A stretch of 64,000 nt of DNA from a virus. Made by a program: the position numbers and the translations under genes. Below are positions 47,959 through 58,223 of this stretch, one piece after another (positions within the stretch are counted from its first letter, which is position 1; each line of letters starts with the position of its first letter). Under the pieces are notes generated by a model, which worked only from the letters and a program-made list of their open reading frames with translations, searched no databases and had not been told where the DNA came from. The stretch lies in the IMG/VR virus record IMGVR_UViG_3300045999_008055; one strand, written 5' to 3'.

Positions 47959-50900
47959 TTATCTACCTCCAATTGGTGCTGGTTGCCTCCTTAATCCTGC
48001 GTCTTCTCTAAGCTGAAATATCTGATTATTAAATTGATTTTGTATATCTAATTTAAGTTGCTCAGTAAGACTATTAACTATTGGCGTAACCAATGTTGTT
48101 AAATCAGAGTCTGGAGAAATAGTTACCTGTATATTTCCTCCATCAAAAGATACTCTACCACCAACATTAAGTTCTAATAAATTATTTGGTATATTTAAAT
48201 CAACTGCACCTTGGATTGTTTGTGGCGCTGCTAATCCACCAATTGGAGTTACATTTTGTCCAAGGGAAAGTAAAGCGGCAGCAGCATCAACAGCCCTTGA
48301 ATTTAATTGATCTAGAGCTTGAGTTGAGTTTTGAACTGCGGCGCGAGAAGATTCTAAAATACTAATTTGATTATTATATTGATCTAAAAGTTGACCAAAT
48401 TGAGTATTTGATTTACTTTGTAAGCCAAGTTCTGTTAATGTAATTTTCTTGCCTTGATCTAGCGCTTCGAAGAATGCATTAATTCTACCTTGATTTTGTA
48501 ATTCTGCGGATGAATATTGTCCTCCACCAGTAGGTAAAACTGTTTGAATTAAAGATCTAAGCTGTGGATTTAAATTAGCGATCTGTTCTTGTGCGGTAGC
48601 TAATTGTCTCTGTCCTCCAGCTTGTCTTAAAGTCGCTACTCCAATTTCTTCTCCAATACTTTGATATGTTTCTCTTGTAGCAAATACATCTGCGGCTCTA
48701 GATAAAGATTCTTTTAGTTCTTGTATAGCTGGAGTTAAATCTGATTGTACTGCCGTTATAGCACTTTGTATTGAATTATTTAATTCTGGTATTACTGTAG
48801 ATTTCTGAGCAGTTTCTATCTGTCTTAATAATTGAGTTATTTCATCAACATTCTGACCAATTCTTTCGTCTTTTAAAAGATTATCAATTTGTCTCGTGGC
48901 TATTTCTGTAGATCTTTTTGAAATATCAGATAAAACTGCTCTTACTCCAGAAGGTGCACCTACGCTCAATTGTCTTGCTTGTCTTCTTAAATCTTCTGCT
49001 CTTCCAGAGATTGCTGCTGTTCTTAATCCTCTAAATCCTGCGCCAAGACCTGGACTCAAACCTCCGCCAGCTAGTCCTAATGTTTCAGAAATTAAACCGG
49101 CGGCACCACGACCTCTTTGAATTACTCCTCTACCACTTCTATATAGATTTAAACTTCTTGAGAAGTTTTCAAAAGTTGATTTAAGAGACTCTGGATCAAT
49201 AAAACCTCTAATTCCACCGAAAGTTTCAATATCTCTACGCGCTTGAAGAATTCTTTGTTGAATCTGTAAGTTAGATTGAGCTATAGCATTCGCTTTCTTT
49301 TGTTCTTCTCCTAGTAAAGCTAATTTTTCGTTCTGCTCTCTTGCAATATCTCTAATCTTTGATTGTACTTCTGAATTCTTATCAAATCCTGCTCCAAATA
49401 TAGACACTATAGACTCGGAGAGAAGTTTTGCTGTATCGGCAGAAGATAATGTATTTTGACTAATAGAAAGTAATTGACTTTCAAAAGCATCAATTGCGGC
49501 TCTTGATTGAGGTTCCTCTTGATCTGGTCTTCTTAGATTTTGTAGTAATGAAGCTCCAACTTCTAAGATTGATTGTCTAGCAGAAGAAGAAATTTGTCTC
49601 GCTTGAGAACTGAACTCCTCCGTTCTTGTTAGAGCGTCAATTCTTGATTTAATTGCATTTGTAGAATCTTCTGATCTAAATAATTGTTGATAATTTAATA
49701 GGTCTCCTGCTCTAGCTAAACCAACGCCCCTAGTATTTGCAGCACTAATCCCACCAAATGTCTGTCTAAAAGTTTGAGATCTTATGCTAATATTAATTAG
49801 ATCAATTAATGATTGATTTAAATTATCTAATGATATTTTAGCTCGATCTGTTTCTTTTTTAAGCTCTGTTTGAGTTTTAATCTGTTCTCTTCTTACTGCG
49901 TCAGTTTCTTCAAATTCTTTTTGAGCATTTTTAACACCTTCAGCAAATAAAAATAATCCTGTTGATAAATTTTTAAATTCTTCTTCTCCTAATCTAGATA
50001 GAACATTGGAAATATCTGAATTTAATCCATAATATTTCTCTAGATAAGATATCAATTCTGGTTGATTTAATTTAAATAGTTGTTGATTTAAGTCTTGTAA
50101 AAATTTAACTTGTCCTTCTTTAGATAGTCCACCAAAAATTTCCCTTGCAGCCCCTCTTGTCGCACCAGAAGTTCCAAATACAGTTGGGGCACCAAATATT
50201 CCACCTTCTGCAAGTCTTGCGTTAACTTTTGTAGCAAATTCTAAACTTCTTTGTTCTTGAGCTAGGCCAGCTTGTATTTTATTTACTTCTTCTTGAAGTC
50301 TTGTATTATCTGTTATAGCTAGTAATTGTAATCGATACTTTTCTGGTAATTCCATTGCGGCTTTAGCTAAATCTTGATTTAATTTAACTATTGTTTCTGC
50401 TGGTGTTTTTGTATTTTTATAAGCGTCAGTTAATTTTTGTAAAGCTTGTGAATAGTTAGAAGTAGAATTAGTAAACGTTGTTGTTTCTTCTTTGATTTTT
50501 TCTAAATTCCTGCCGATTTGCTCACCATTATCTCTAAAGGTTTTTGCCAGAAAATTTACCCCTGCATATAACGCTCCTAATCCTCCAACAACTAAACCTA
50601 TTGGACCAGGAATTAATTGTGTAGCAGTCAATGCTGTTGATAAACCCTGCGAAAATCCATTAATATTTTTAGCCATTATTTCATTGTCTCCGGCTAATTC
50701 AGAAAAGAAAGAGCCAGCGATAGATAGACCGAAAGATGCAAATATTAATTTTTCTCTATATTTTTCCAGATCAAACTTAGTTTTATTTTGTACTACTGCA
50801 GTTTGTTCTACTTCTTGATATAATTTTCTAAGTGGTGTATCTCCAGTTATACCTTTTGCAAGCGTAGCGCTTGTTGCCATTTCCTGTGCGGTTAATGTCG

Positions 50901-53808
50901 CAAAATTTGGAACAAACCCAAAAGCCGCCATACTTTTTTGCATAGCATATGAATTACTCATAGCTTTAGATAAGCCTTCTGGATGATCTCTTTTTACTGC
51001 AGCAAAATTTGGTTGAGTTTTACGATCTCGAACATATAATCCTACTCCAGATTGATAATCTAATACTGGTGATCCACCAAGACCTTTTTCAGTTTGAAAA
51101 GCTTTACTAATTGGAGAAAAATTAGGAACAAATCCAAAACTCTTATTTAATCTACTATTTAATATTTTTCCTGCCATACTATCTAAATTGTATGGACTTA
51201 GCGCATTTTTAAAATCTCCACCTAGGTATTTACCAGAAGTTAAAGAAGGAATCTTAAATGTCTCTCCAAGTTTTTTGATTTCTGATTGATTTAAGTCTAA
51301 AATTCTTGATCTATCATCTGGTACAATATTTAGAGAGGCAAGTATTCCACCTTCAAAAGCATTACCAACTAAAGTGCCAATTTGATCTTGGCTTATATTA
51401 CTATATAAATAATTTTTAAATTTTTGATCATTTATGACATCTGGATCAACTCCAGCGAGATTAACTAAGAAATCAGAAGCATTATCTACAAGAGCTTTTA
51501 ATGAATTTTTATAGAGATTTGGACCAATTATATTATTACTTTGACCTTTTATATTTCCTGGAAATGGTACTACATCAAAGCCTACAGATTTACCTCCCGC
51601 TCTTCCTGCACTTGTGAATGGTTTAGACATACCAAAACTTGGATAAACTAATGCATATGGCTCTATTTTTCCTTCAAATTTTCCTCCCCTTGCTGCGGCT
51701 CCCTTTTCTAAATCTTGTTTTGAAGCTTTAATTAATTTTTCATAATTATTAAATGGAACATAGAAATTACCTTCTGGCCCTTTAACAACACCAAGAGCTT
51801 TACCGATTTTACTTATTGATACTCCAGCTGCTCCTACGCTTGCAATATTCTTAAGTTCGCCTTGGAGCTTTACATAATTTTGTTGATAAGGATTTCCTTC
51901 TAAAGCGGCGAAATTAGGGATAAATCCTTGATTTGCATATGGATTAAAGCCATGCGCTGCCTGAAAATTTTTCTTATATGATTTACCTGCCAAACTATCA
52001 CTAGGAGGCATAATAGCTGGTTGAGACATTCCACTAAATTTTTTAACTGTTTCTGCGCTATTATAAGTTACTTTTCCATAGTTTGGTATAAATGTACTTC
52101 GTATTTGTCCTGGAGCATAGCCGCCAGCCAAGGCTCCCATGATTTCTTGTGATGCACTAAAATTAGGAATAAAACCAAAAGACTTGGGCTTTACAGCTGT
52201 TCCTCTCATTGCTCCTGTTTGAGCTACTCTAACTCCTGCGCTCATTAGACTTTTTGTTAAAGAATCGGCAACAGCAACTTGTCTTTGCATGGCTACAGTT
52301 TCTTGTTCTATAAGACTTAGGATCTGTCTATGTAAATTTGCTGTATTTAAACTTCCATTATTAATCTGCTCAATAATCTGAGGATTTCTGCCTATAAGAT
52401 TTAAAATCTGAGTTTGAAGAACTCTTTGTTCTGCAGTTTGAGTATTTAATCCAGTTAATTGTTTAAATGCATCTGCGGTAAATACAGTTAATCTTTCGAA
52501 AATTTTAATTAGTGATGCTGCGCCTAATAATAAACCTGGTCCACTTAAAAAGTTACCGAGCCCTCTAGCGAGACCTTCTCCAATTTTCGCTCCAACTCCT
52601 TCGCTCTCTTCTGTGCCAAAATTCTCTAATACATAATTTAATCCACCTAAAGCTTTTTGTAGTGCTGGAGCTATTGCTAAATTACCAATATCTGTAGCTG
52701 CATTTTGTAAATTAACTACTGTTTTATTTACAGTCGCTGCTAGAGTTTGATTTAAAGCTTCATTTCTTCTATTTGCTTCGTCTGTAGCTCCTGTTGAAAT
52801 TTCTAAAGCTCTTGAGAAGATAGAATATTCTCTAGATAAATCGCCTAGAGCGGCTTTTAATATGTTGATTTGAAATACTCCACCAATCGTTTCTGCTAAT
52901 TGAGCTTTCTGTACAGAACCTAATTTATCATAAGTTTGAGAAAGTTGATTTAGGATCTGTATAAGAGGTAATATATTTCCTTCTTGATCTCTTGTCGCGA
53001 CGCCAATCTCTTCTAATGCTTCAAGTGTTTTTGGTCTTTGTAATCTTGTAAAGATTGTTTTAAATGAATTACCAATAACACTACCACCTCTCGAAGTAAT
53101 TTGTTGAGCAGATGTAACTAAACTAATTAATTGATCAAATGTAACACCTACGTCGTCAGCAGAACTACCTACTCTTTTAATTGCTTCTGCTAAATCCGCT
53201 GAACTTACTGCGAAAGCTGCGTCAACAGCTGCTAATTTATTAACTATTTGAGTAGAAGTTAAAGCTGTGCTATTAAATGAATTAATTGCGGCAGTTAAAG
53301 CCTCAACGCTAGCGACTGTATCAAGACCACTTAATCTAGTTAATATGAGCGCATCGCTTGTTCGCTTTAGAGTATCTTCTATTCCTAAACCTTGACGAGA
53401 AAATTCTGTAGCAGCTTTAGCAACTTCGGCGAATGATAATCCAGTATTCTTTGCTATGTCAAACAATCTATTACCAAAAGTAGCTAAACTTTTTTGACTA
53501 ACATTTAGGATTACGTTAATATCTGCTAATGACTTCTCTACTTCAATTACGCTTTTAATTGTAGCATCAAAAGCTCTTTGGATTGCAAAAATTGCTCCAG
53601 CAGAGGCGCCGAAGGCGATAACACGAGCATTAGATGCGGCTAATGATTTTTCAAATTCACCTAATTGACCACTAATTTTACCTAATGGCTGAGAGAAGTT
53701 CTTGGTATTTAAAGTTAAGGCTTGATTAGCTACTTTGGCAATATTCTTCTCTAGTGGCTTTGTATTGCCAAGAACATCGATAATGATCTGGTCCCGACCT
53801 TGTGCCAT
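47959..53808 (-). CDS. Tail tape measure protein
   Basis: 1949 aa helical protein with TP901-type N-terminal region (EFSRQG, EALTAAINSF, DLAEAIKRVGS, GNSFKTIFTRL), hydrophobic segments and canonical position. Confidence 0.92.
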   Translation of the reverse strand: MAQGRDQIIIDVLGNTKPLEKNIAKVANQALTLNTKNFSQPLGKISGQLGEFEKSLAASNARVIAFGASAGAIFAIQRAFDATIKSVIEVEKSLADINVILNVSQKSLATFGNRLFDIAKNTGLSFAEVAKAATEFSRQGLGIEDTLKRTSDALILTRLSGLDTVASVEALTAAINSFNSTALTSTQIVNKLAAVDAAFAVSSADLAEAIKRVGSSADDVGVTFDQLISLVTSAQQITSRGGSVIGNSFKTIFTRLQRPKTLEALEEIGVATRDQEGNILPLIQILNQLSQTYDKLGSVQKAQLAETIGGVFQINILKAALGDLSREYSIFSRALEISTGATDEANRRNEALNQTLAATVNKTVVNLQNAATDIGNLAIAPALQKALGGLNYVLENFGTEESEGVGAKIGEGLARGLGNFLSGPGLLLGAASLIKIFERLTVFTADAFKQLTGLNTQTAEQRVLQTQILNLIGRNPQIIEQINNGSLNTANLHRQILSLIEQETVAMQRQVAVADSLTKSLMSAGVRVAQTGAMRGTAVKPKSFGFIPNFSASQEIMGALAGGYAPGQIRSTFIPNYGKVTYNSAETVKKFSGMSQPAIMPPSDSLAGKSYKKNFQAAHGFNPYANQGFIPNFAALEGNPYQQNYVKLQGELKNIASVGAAGVSISKIGKALGVVKGPEGNFYVPFNNYEKLIKASKQDLEKGAAARGGKFEGKIEPYALVYPSFGMSKPFTSAGRAGGKSVGFDVVPFPGNIKGQSNNIIGPNLYKNSLKALVDNASDFLVNLAGVDPDVINDQKFKNYLYSNISQDQIGTLVGNAFEGGILASLNIVPDDRSRILDLNQSEIKKLGETFKIPSLTSGKYLGGDFKNALSPYNLDSMAGKILNSRLNKSFGFVPNFSPISKAFQTEKGLGGSPVLDYQSGVGLYVRDRKTQPNFAAVKRDHPEGLSKAMSNSYAMQKSMAAFGFVPNFATLTAQEMATSATLAKGITGDTPLRKLYQEVEQTAVVQNKTKFDLEKYREKLIFASFGLSIAGSFFSELAGDNEIMAKNINGFSQGLSTALTATQLIPGPIGLVVGGLGALYAGVNFLAKTFRDNGEQIGRNLEKIKEETTTFTNSTSNYSQALQKLTDAYKNTKTPAETIVKLNQDLAKAAMELPEKYRLQLLAITDNTRLQEEVNKIQAGLAQEQRSLEFATKVNARLAEGGIFGAPTVFGTSGATRGAAREIFGGLSKEGQVKFLQDLNQQLFKLNQPELISYLEKYYGLNSDISNVLSRLGEEEFKNLSTGLFLFAEGVKNAQKEFEETDAVRREQIKTQTELKKETDRAKISLDNLNQSLIDLINISIRSQTFRQTFGGISAANTRGVGLARAGDLLNYQQLFRSEDSTNAIKSRIDALTRTEEFSSQARQISSSARQSILEVGASLLQNLRRPDQEEPQSRAAIDAFESQLLSISQNTLSSADTAKLLSESIVSIFGAGFDKNSEVQSKIRDIAREQNEKLALLGEEQKKANAIAQSNLQIQQRILQARRDIETFGGIRGFIDPESLKSTFENFSRSLNLYRSGRGVIQRGRGAAGLISETLGLAGGGLSPGLGAGFRGLRTAAISGRAEDLRRQARQLSVGAPSGVRAVLSDISKRSTEIATRQIDNLLKDERIGQNVDEITQLLRQIETAQKSTVIPELNNSIQSAITAVQSDLTPAIQELKESLSRAADVFATRETYQSIGEEIGVATLRQAGGQRQLATAQEQIANLNPQLRSLIQTVLPTGGGQYSSAELQNQGRINAFFEALDQGKKITLTELGLQSKSNTQFGQLLDQYNNQISILESSRAAVQNSTQALDQLNSRAVDAAAALLSLGQNVTPIGGLAAPQTIQGAVDLNIPNNLLELNVGGRVSFDGGNIQVTISPDSDLTTLVTPIVNSLTEQLKLDIQNQFNNQIFQLREDAGLRRQPAPIGGR
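50902..52176 (-). repeat. Four GF[IV]PNF peptide repeats in the tape measure
   Basis: At 52159-76, 51910-27, 51118-35 and 50902-19. Confidence 0.9.
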
Positions 53809-53829
53809 TTAAGTAATCCTTTAATATTA

Positions 53830-53835
53830 TTACAC
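53830..53835 (-). promoter_or_regulatory. GTGTAA motif (putative late promoter)
   Basis: Intergenic, ~21 nt upstream of the tape measure start. Confidence 0.65.
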
Positions 53836-53852
53836 AGAAATTTAATTAATAA

Positions 53853-54851
53853 CTAAACACCATGAATTTTTAATATCTGATCAAAGGATAGATTTCCGCC
53901 AGCCTTTTTTGCTTCTTCTGCTAGGTCAACAACTTCATCTTTAGAGTTCGATGTCATTAACTTGAGCTCCTCTTTAGAAGCTCCTACGTAACTTTGACCC
54001 ATTTTGTTAGAGTCTTTTTCTTTTAGATTGCTAATTATCTGTCTATTTTCATACCAAGATACTAATTCACCAAGACTTTTAACATTTGCGGGAGGATTTT
54101 CTCCTGACTTTGACAAGTAATATTTATAGTTTCTAGCTAAAGAAAATAAATCACATTGATATTGAGTCAAGTTAACTACTGGTTTACCAAAAAATAAAAA
54201 AGGATCATCTTCACATAGAAAAAATGTATTCATAAAGAACGGGGACACAGCTATCTTTTTAATATTATCAATCTTAAAATTATTAATGAATTCTTTGTAT
54301 ATCTGTATATATTCAATCAGATCTACCTCATTTAATTCGGCAAATTCATCTTCCTGTTTAAACATTGGAGTCTTTCCGTCTGATTCATATAAACTTGAAT
54401 ATATTATATATTCATTAGATTTTTTATAAGCAAAATTATCAGCAGTAAGCCCAAGGAGTTCATCTCTTTCTTTTATTATATTTTTTAAAAGGTTTTCTTT
54501 TTCTTTTAGATCATTTTTAACCTTATTGACTTGAGATTTAATAACTAATTTTTTAATTGTATTTTGTAATGTTATAATTTGATCTGATAACTTTTGTATT
54601 TCAGCCTCTTTCTCTTCAGACCATACTTTATCTCTACATAATAATTTTATCTTGTCTTCTGCAGATAAAAGACCTTGCATTTTGGCTTTATCAAATTCTT
54701 TTATGTATACCTCGTTACTAGAGCAAACTTCAACTTCCGACAGATGCCTAAATGAAAAAGATTTTTCTTTTAAATAAAAAACAGAAAAACCATTTAATAT
54801 ATCTCTATATAATTTCCTAACAAAATTCTGTTCTTTAGCGATATCATTCAC
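53853..54851 (-). CDS. Putative tail assembly chaperone
   Basis: Charged helical protein directly upstream of the tape measure. Confidence 0.5.
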   Translation of the reverse strand: MNDIAKEQNFVRKLYRDILNGFSVFYLKEKSFSFRHLSEVEVCSSNEVYIKEFDKAKMQGLLSAEDKIKLLCRDKVWSEEKEAEIQKLSDQIITLQNTIKKLVIKSQVNKVKNDLKEKENLLKNIIKERDELLGLTADNFAYKKSNEYIIYSSLYESDGKTPMFKQEDEFAELNEVDLIEYIQIYKEFINNFKIDNIKKIAVSPFFMNTFFLCEDDPFLFFGKPVVNLTQYQCDLFSLARNYKYYLSKSGENPPANVKSLGELVSWYENRQIISNLKEKDSNKMGQSYVGASKEELKLMTSNSKDEVVDLAEEAKKAGGNLSFDQILKIHGV

Positions 54852-55626
54852 TCTTTACTTCTTCTTTTGGAAGCTCGTCTTGGGAGAAAAGAGTTTCAAG
54901 ATTTTTAAAATCTTCAAATTTGTTAGCTTTACCCATGTACCATAAACTAATAAAATAGGCTAATTTTGCTAATATTTCTCTAAAGAAAATATCATCTTTT
55001 TCTTCTATTTCATCATATTTCTCTATCTTTTTATCATAATTTCCCTCACCGAAGAATGGTTGATAATCTTTATTATTTTCAGAAATGTAAGATAGTTGTA
55101 GAACCCACCACATAATAGTTTGATTTCTTGCTCGATTCTCTGCGGTTTGATCAAATAATGTTGAATGATAATTCTCTATTTCTTGTAACTCTTTCTTTGC
55201 GCTATTAATTTCATTTAAAAGATCAGTAATTTTTTTGGTCTGATCTTCTTTATTTAATTTATCTAGATTTACCTCTAATCTTTGAAGATCATTTTGTAGT
55301 TTGTAAAGTTCTATGTAAAGCGTAGCATATCTTTGCTTTTCTGATTCACTCATTGCGCCGCCATCATTTTGATACCTTTTAGCTAAAAGTGAACGAGTCA
55401 ATAATCCAGCTTTAATTCCTTCTGATAATTTAATCCCGTAATGTAATTCTGCTTCGTCAAAAAGTTTTCTATTTGGTTTTAAAATTCTGAAATGAACAGG
55501 AACATTAGATTTTACTTTTTTTATAGTCTTTACTTCTTCGCCTTTTTCGTTTTTAGAAGATTCGATCTCTTCGACTTCACTTTCTTTATTTACTGTAAAT
55601 TCATATAGATATTTATCTGTTTTCAT
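54844..55626 (-). CDS. Putative tail assembly chaperone
   Basis: Coiled-coil protein between tube and TMP; similar layout to 53853..54851 (GLL...coiled coil...TAEN/TADN). Confidence 0.5.
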   Translation of the reverse strand: MKTDKYLYEFTVNKESEVEEIESSKNEKGEEVKTIKKVKSNVPVHFRILKPNRKLFDEAELHYGIKLSEGIKAGLLTRSLLAKRYQNDGGAMSESEKQRYATLYIELYKLQNDLQRLEVNLDKLNKEDQTKKITDLLNEINSAKKELQEIENYHSTLFDQTAENRARNQTIMWWVLQLSYISENNKDYQPFFGEGNYDKKIEKYDEIEEKDDIFFREILAKLAYFISLWYMGKANKFEDFKNLETLFSQDELPKEEVKSE

Positions 55627-55876
55627 TTTGTATTTTTCCTTCTATAAAAGATTTGGTTTTTTTAAAATTAACTTTGCCGCCAATTGTTAATATAAATTCT
55701 TTTCTTTTTTCTTCTGGCCATTTTGTATAATTTGATATGTATCTAAGATTTGTCAAAACGTCAAAAGATGATTTTATTAGACCAAATTTCTCTTTTAATG
55801 CTCTTTGTACGCTTTGCGTTTCTAAATTAGCTTTAATTACGTCTTCTATATTATATCTAATTAGTTTATTTTTCAT
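55613..55876 (-). CDS. Hypothetical protein
   Basis: Overlapping, co-oriented ORF. Confidence 0.6.
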   Translation of the reverse strand: MKNKLIRYNIEDVIKANLETQSVQRALKEKFGLIKSSFDVLTNLRYISNYTKWPEEKRKEFILTIGGKVNFKKTKSFIEGKIQNENR

Positions 55877-56150
55877 TTTTATCTTCGAATAGATCTAGGG
55901 TCTTGTCTATTTCTCTTATAGTTTCATTTCCTAAATCTAATACTCTTTTTCTTAGGTAATTATATTTATTTTCATCAAAATAGTCAACATTTTTTAGTGT
56001 TTCTTGATCAATTTTTGAGTTTAATTTATTTAACATATTAAGATGTTCTTCTTGAAGATCTTCTATTAAATTAAGGTATCTTTTATATAAGTTTATTATA
56101 TTTCTATGTACTTGAAAAGATAACAAATCTTTAAATTTTAAAGTAATCAT
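55866..56150 (-). CDS. Hypothetical protein
   Basis: AAGG SD-like upstream; co-oriented. Confidence 0.65.
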   Translation of the reverse strand: MITLKFKDLLSFQVHRNIINLYKRYLNLIEDLQEEHLNMLNKLNSKIDQETLKNVDYFDENKYNYLRKRVLDLGNETIREIDKTLDLFEDKNEK

Positions 56151-56190
56151 ATACCTTAAACCAATTTTAGTCCTTATTCCTTATATATCA

Positions 56191-56197
56191 TTACACT
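56191..56197 (-). promoter_or_regulatory. AGTGTAA motif (putative late promoter)
   Basis: Immediately downstream of the terminator U-tract. Confidence 0.65.
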
Positions 56198-56220
56198 AAA
56201 AACCCCGCTTTCGCGGGGTC
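56198..56220 (-). terminator. Rho-independent terminator after the tail tube gene
   Basis: On the - strand: ACCCCGC-GAAA-GCGGGGT followed by TTTT. Confidence 0.9.
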
Positions 56221-56248
56221 TCTAGTAATTTTAATTTATTTTAAAATT

Positions 56249-57316
56249 TTAACTATTTTCGATGAACAAACCTTTATTAGTGTCATTTGGACCACCAATT
56301 TGAGCACTAAAGTTTAATGTTACAGATTTGTTATCTCCAATTGAAGAGCTAAATGATTGTGAATCAAGTTTTGCTCCTTTAAGCGTATATTTTAATGCGT
56401 ATGGACTATAACTAGCATCACAACTATTACTTGGTTGACCAAGAGCAAATACTAAGTCATAGCTTGCTGAATCATCGCATACGATATTAGATAATGCATT
56501 TCCTAGGTTATTTGTATCATCTCCAATATCACCGATAATTGCTTCTACTGAAGCACTTACTGTTACTGGGAAGGTGATTTCTCTGGAGAATGCAAATTTA
56601 CTTCCTAATCTTTGAATTGCGTCTCTACCAATATCAGTTGATAATGTAAAGCTTTGAATCTTTAGATCGCTTGCATCAACGCCTAGGCCACTAACGGAAA
56701 GACTAATATCTCCTGGGCGTAAAGCAGTAAATCCTAAACCAGTATCTGGAGTTGGAATATTAAATGTATTTACAGAATTTGGTGTGCCAAATGAAGCGTT
56801 TACATCTGGAGTAAATCCAGTTGTTTGAGGATAAAACTTCATGTTTAAACCTTCTGCATTTACTGTTACTGTTGGAAAACCTCCAACTGCAGCCTCAACA
56901 GAATATGAAGTCAATCCTGCGTTACCAATACCAATTACTCTACCTTGACCTGTGGCAGCTAATTTATCAATGTTTGCGTCTGTACCTTCTGGAGAAACAA
57001 GAATATAATAATTTTTAATATCTTTGCCACCAGAAAGAATATCGGCTAATGCGCCCTTCGTAGTTCCAAGAACAAAACCTAAACCAGTTTCATTAAAACC
57101 ATTATTTGCATAATAGCTAAAATCTAAACTTACAGTTGGTTGTTCTACGATAACTCTATCAATAGCGGCCAATTGACCATATTGATTAACATCTTGTCTA
57201 GCAATATCAAAACCATAATTTGCACTTTGTACACGACTTAATTGTGTTAAAGTATTAGCGCCTGTTGGCCCTGTGAAAAGTGCTTCACTTTGATAAATTA
57301 CTCTTTTTCTTGCCAT
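56249..57316 (-). CDS. Major tail tube protein
   Basis: Strong SD (AAGGAG), own terminator, beta-rich RVQSANYGFDIARQDVNQYG...PTVSLDFSY; position between neck genes and TMP. Confidence 0.75.
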   Translation of the reverse strand: MARKRVIYQSEALFTGPTGANTLTQLSRVQSANYGFDIARQDVNQYGQLAAIDRVIVEQPTVSLDFSYYANNGFNETGLGFVLGTTKGALADILSGGKDIKNYYILVSPEGTDANIDKLAATGQGRVIGIGNAGLTSYSVEAAVGGFPTVTVNAEGLNMKFYPQTTGFTPDVNASFGTPNSVNTFNIPTPDTGLGFTALRPGDISLSVSGLGVDASDLKIQSFTLSTDIGRDAIQRLGSKFAFSREITFPVTVSASVEAIIGDIGDDTNNLGNALSNIVCDDSASYDLVFALGQPSNSCDASYSPYALKYTLKGAKLDSQSFSSSIGDNKSVTLNFSAQIGGPNDTNKGLFIENS

Positions 57317-57350
57317 ATAATTATTTCTCCTTTAGAAATCTTTCCTAATA

Positions 57351-57356
57351 TTACAG
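57351..57356 (-). promoter_or_regulatory. CTGTAA variant of the late motif
   Basis: Intergenic, ~34 nt upstream of the tube gene. Confidence 0.5.
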
Positions 57357-57383
57357 TTAATTTTATATCAAGAGAAGTCGTTT

Positions 57384-58223
57384 TTAACACCTTGGATATC
57401 TAATATTACTAAGAGTAAAATCAACAAAAGCAGGATAAATTTGAGTGCTTTTTACATTTAAATTAGCGAATATTTTACTTATATTTACTTCTTCTATATA
57501 GAAGGCTTGGTTAGATAAGTCTATATTTGAGGTTAAACTGTTATAGTTATAATAACCACTATTTAAGGCTCCATAATTATTAAATGGAGGATTATATACC
57601 AAAGGAACATATCTTCTTGCGGTATCCTTTAATATACTACATATAGCGTCTAAAGAGAACATATTATTTGCTATAACTATTGCTCTAACTTGCATTATTG
57701 TATTATCTTGGCCTCCTAATGCAAATGGCTCATTTGTTCCACCATTATTCTTTAGAAATATACATGGATATGTAATTGAATCAATAGCTAAACCAGTAGG
57801 ATTTTGTGTAGTTTTTGGCCTTACTTCGAATTGACTTTCAAATAGCAATTTTTCTTCTGGTTCGCTTGTTAAATATATATTAAAGTCTTTTACTGCATAA
57901 TTTCCACTTAAGGTATTTGCGTTTTGATTTGAATTAAAATATACTTGACCATTATTTGGATTAATGCCAGTTAGCCCATTTTGACCAACAGTTGTAAATA
58001 CATTGTTGATATAAACACCAGATAATAAATTAGCTCCAGTTATAGAACTATCTGAAACTACTTGTCTAAATGGTAGACCATATGTATAAAAACCATTATA
58101 TATATTTGTAACTGGATAAAATTTACTAGAATAATTTTGAAAAGCTTCTCCATTTTCTAATACGATATTATCCATCCACATTATCATACTAGACATTAAG
58201 ATATTATCTAATTGAGCTTTCAT
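57384..58223 (-). CDS. Putative tail terminator/completion protein
   Basis: Directly upstream of the tube gene; YPCIFL...PFALGG...VRAIV. Confidence 0.5.
   Translation of the reverse strand: MKAQLDNILMSSMIMWMDNIVLENGEAFQNYSSKFYPVTNIYNGFYTYGLPFRQVVSDSSITGANLLSGVYINNVFTTVGQNGLTGINPNNGQVYFNSNQNANTLSGNYAVKDFNIYLTSEPEEKLLFESQFEVRPKTTQNPTGLAIDSITYPCIFLKNNGGTNEPFALGGQDNTIMQVRAIVIANNMFSLDAICSILKDTARRYVPLVYNPPFNNYGALNSGYYNYNSLTSNIDLSNQAFYIEEVNISKIFANLNVKSTQIYPAFVDFTLSNIRYPRC

Noticed and set aside
46427-57018. + strand ORFs at 46427, 48896, 50492 and 56821
   Set aside because: Antisense shadows of structural genes.
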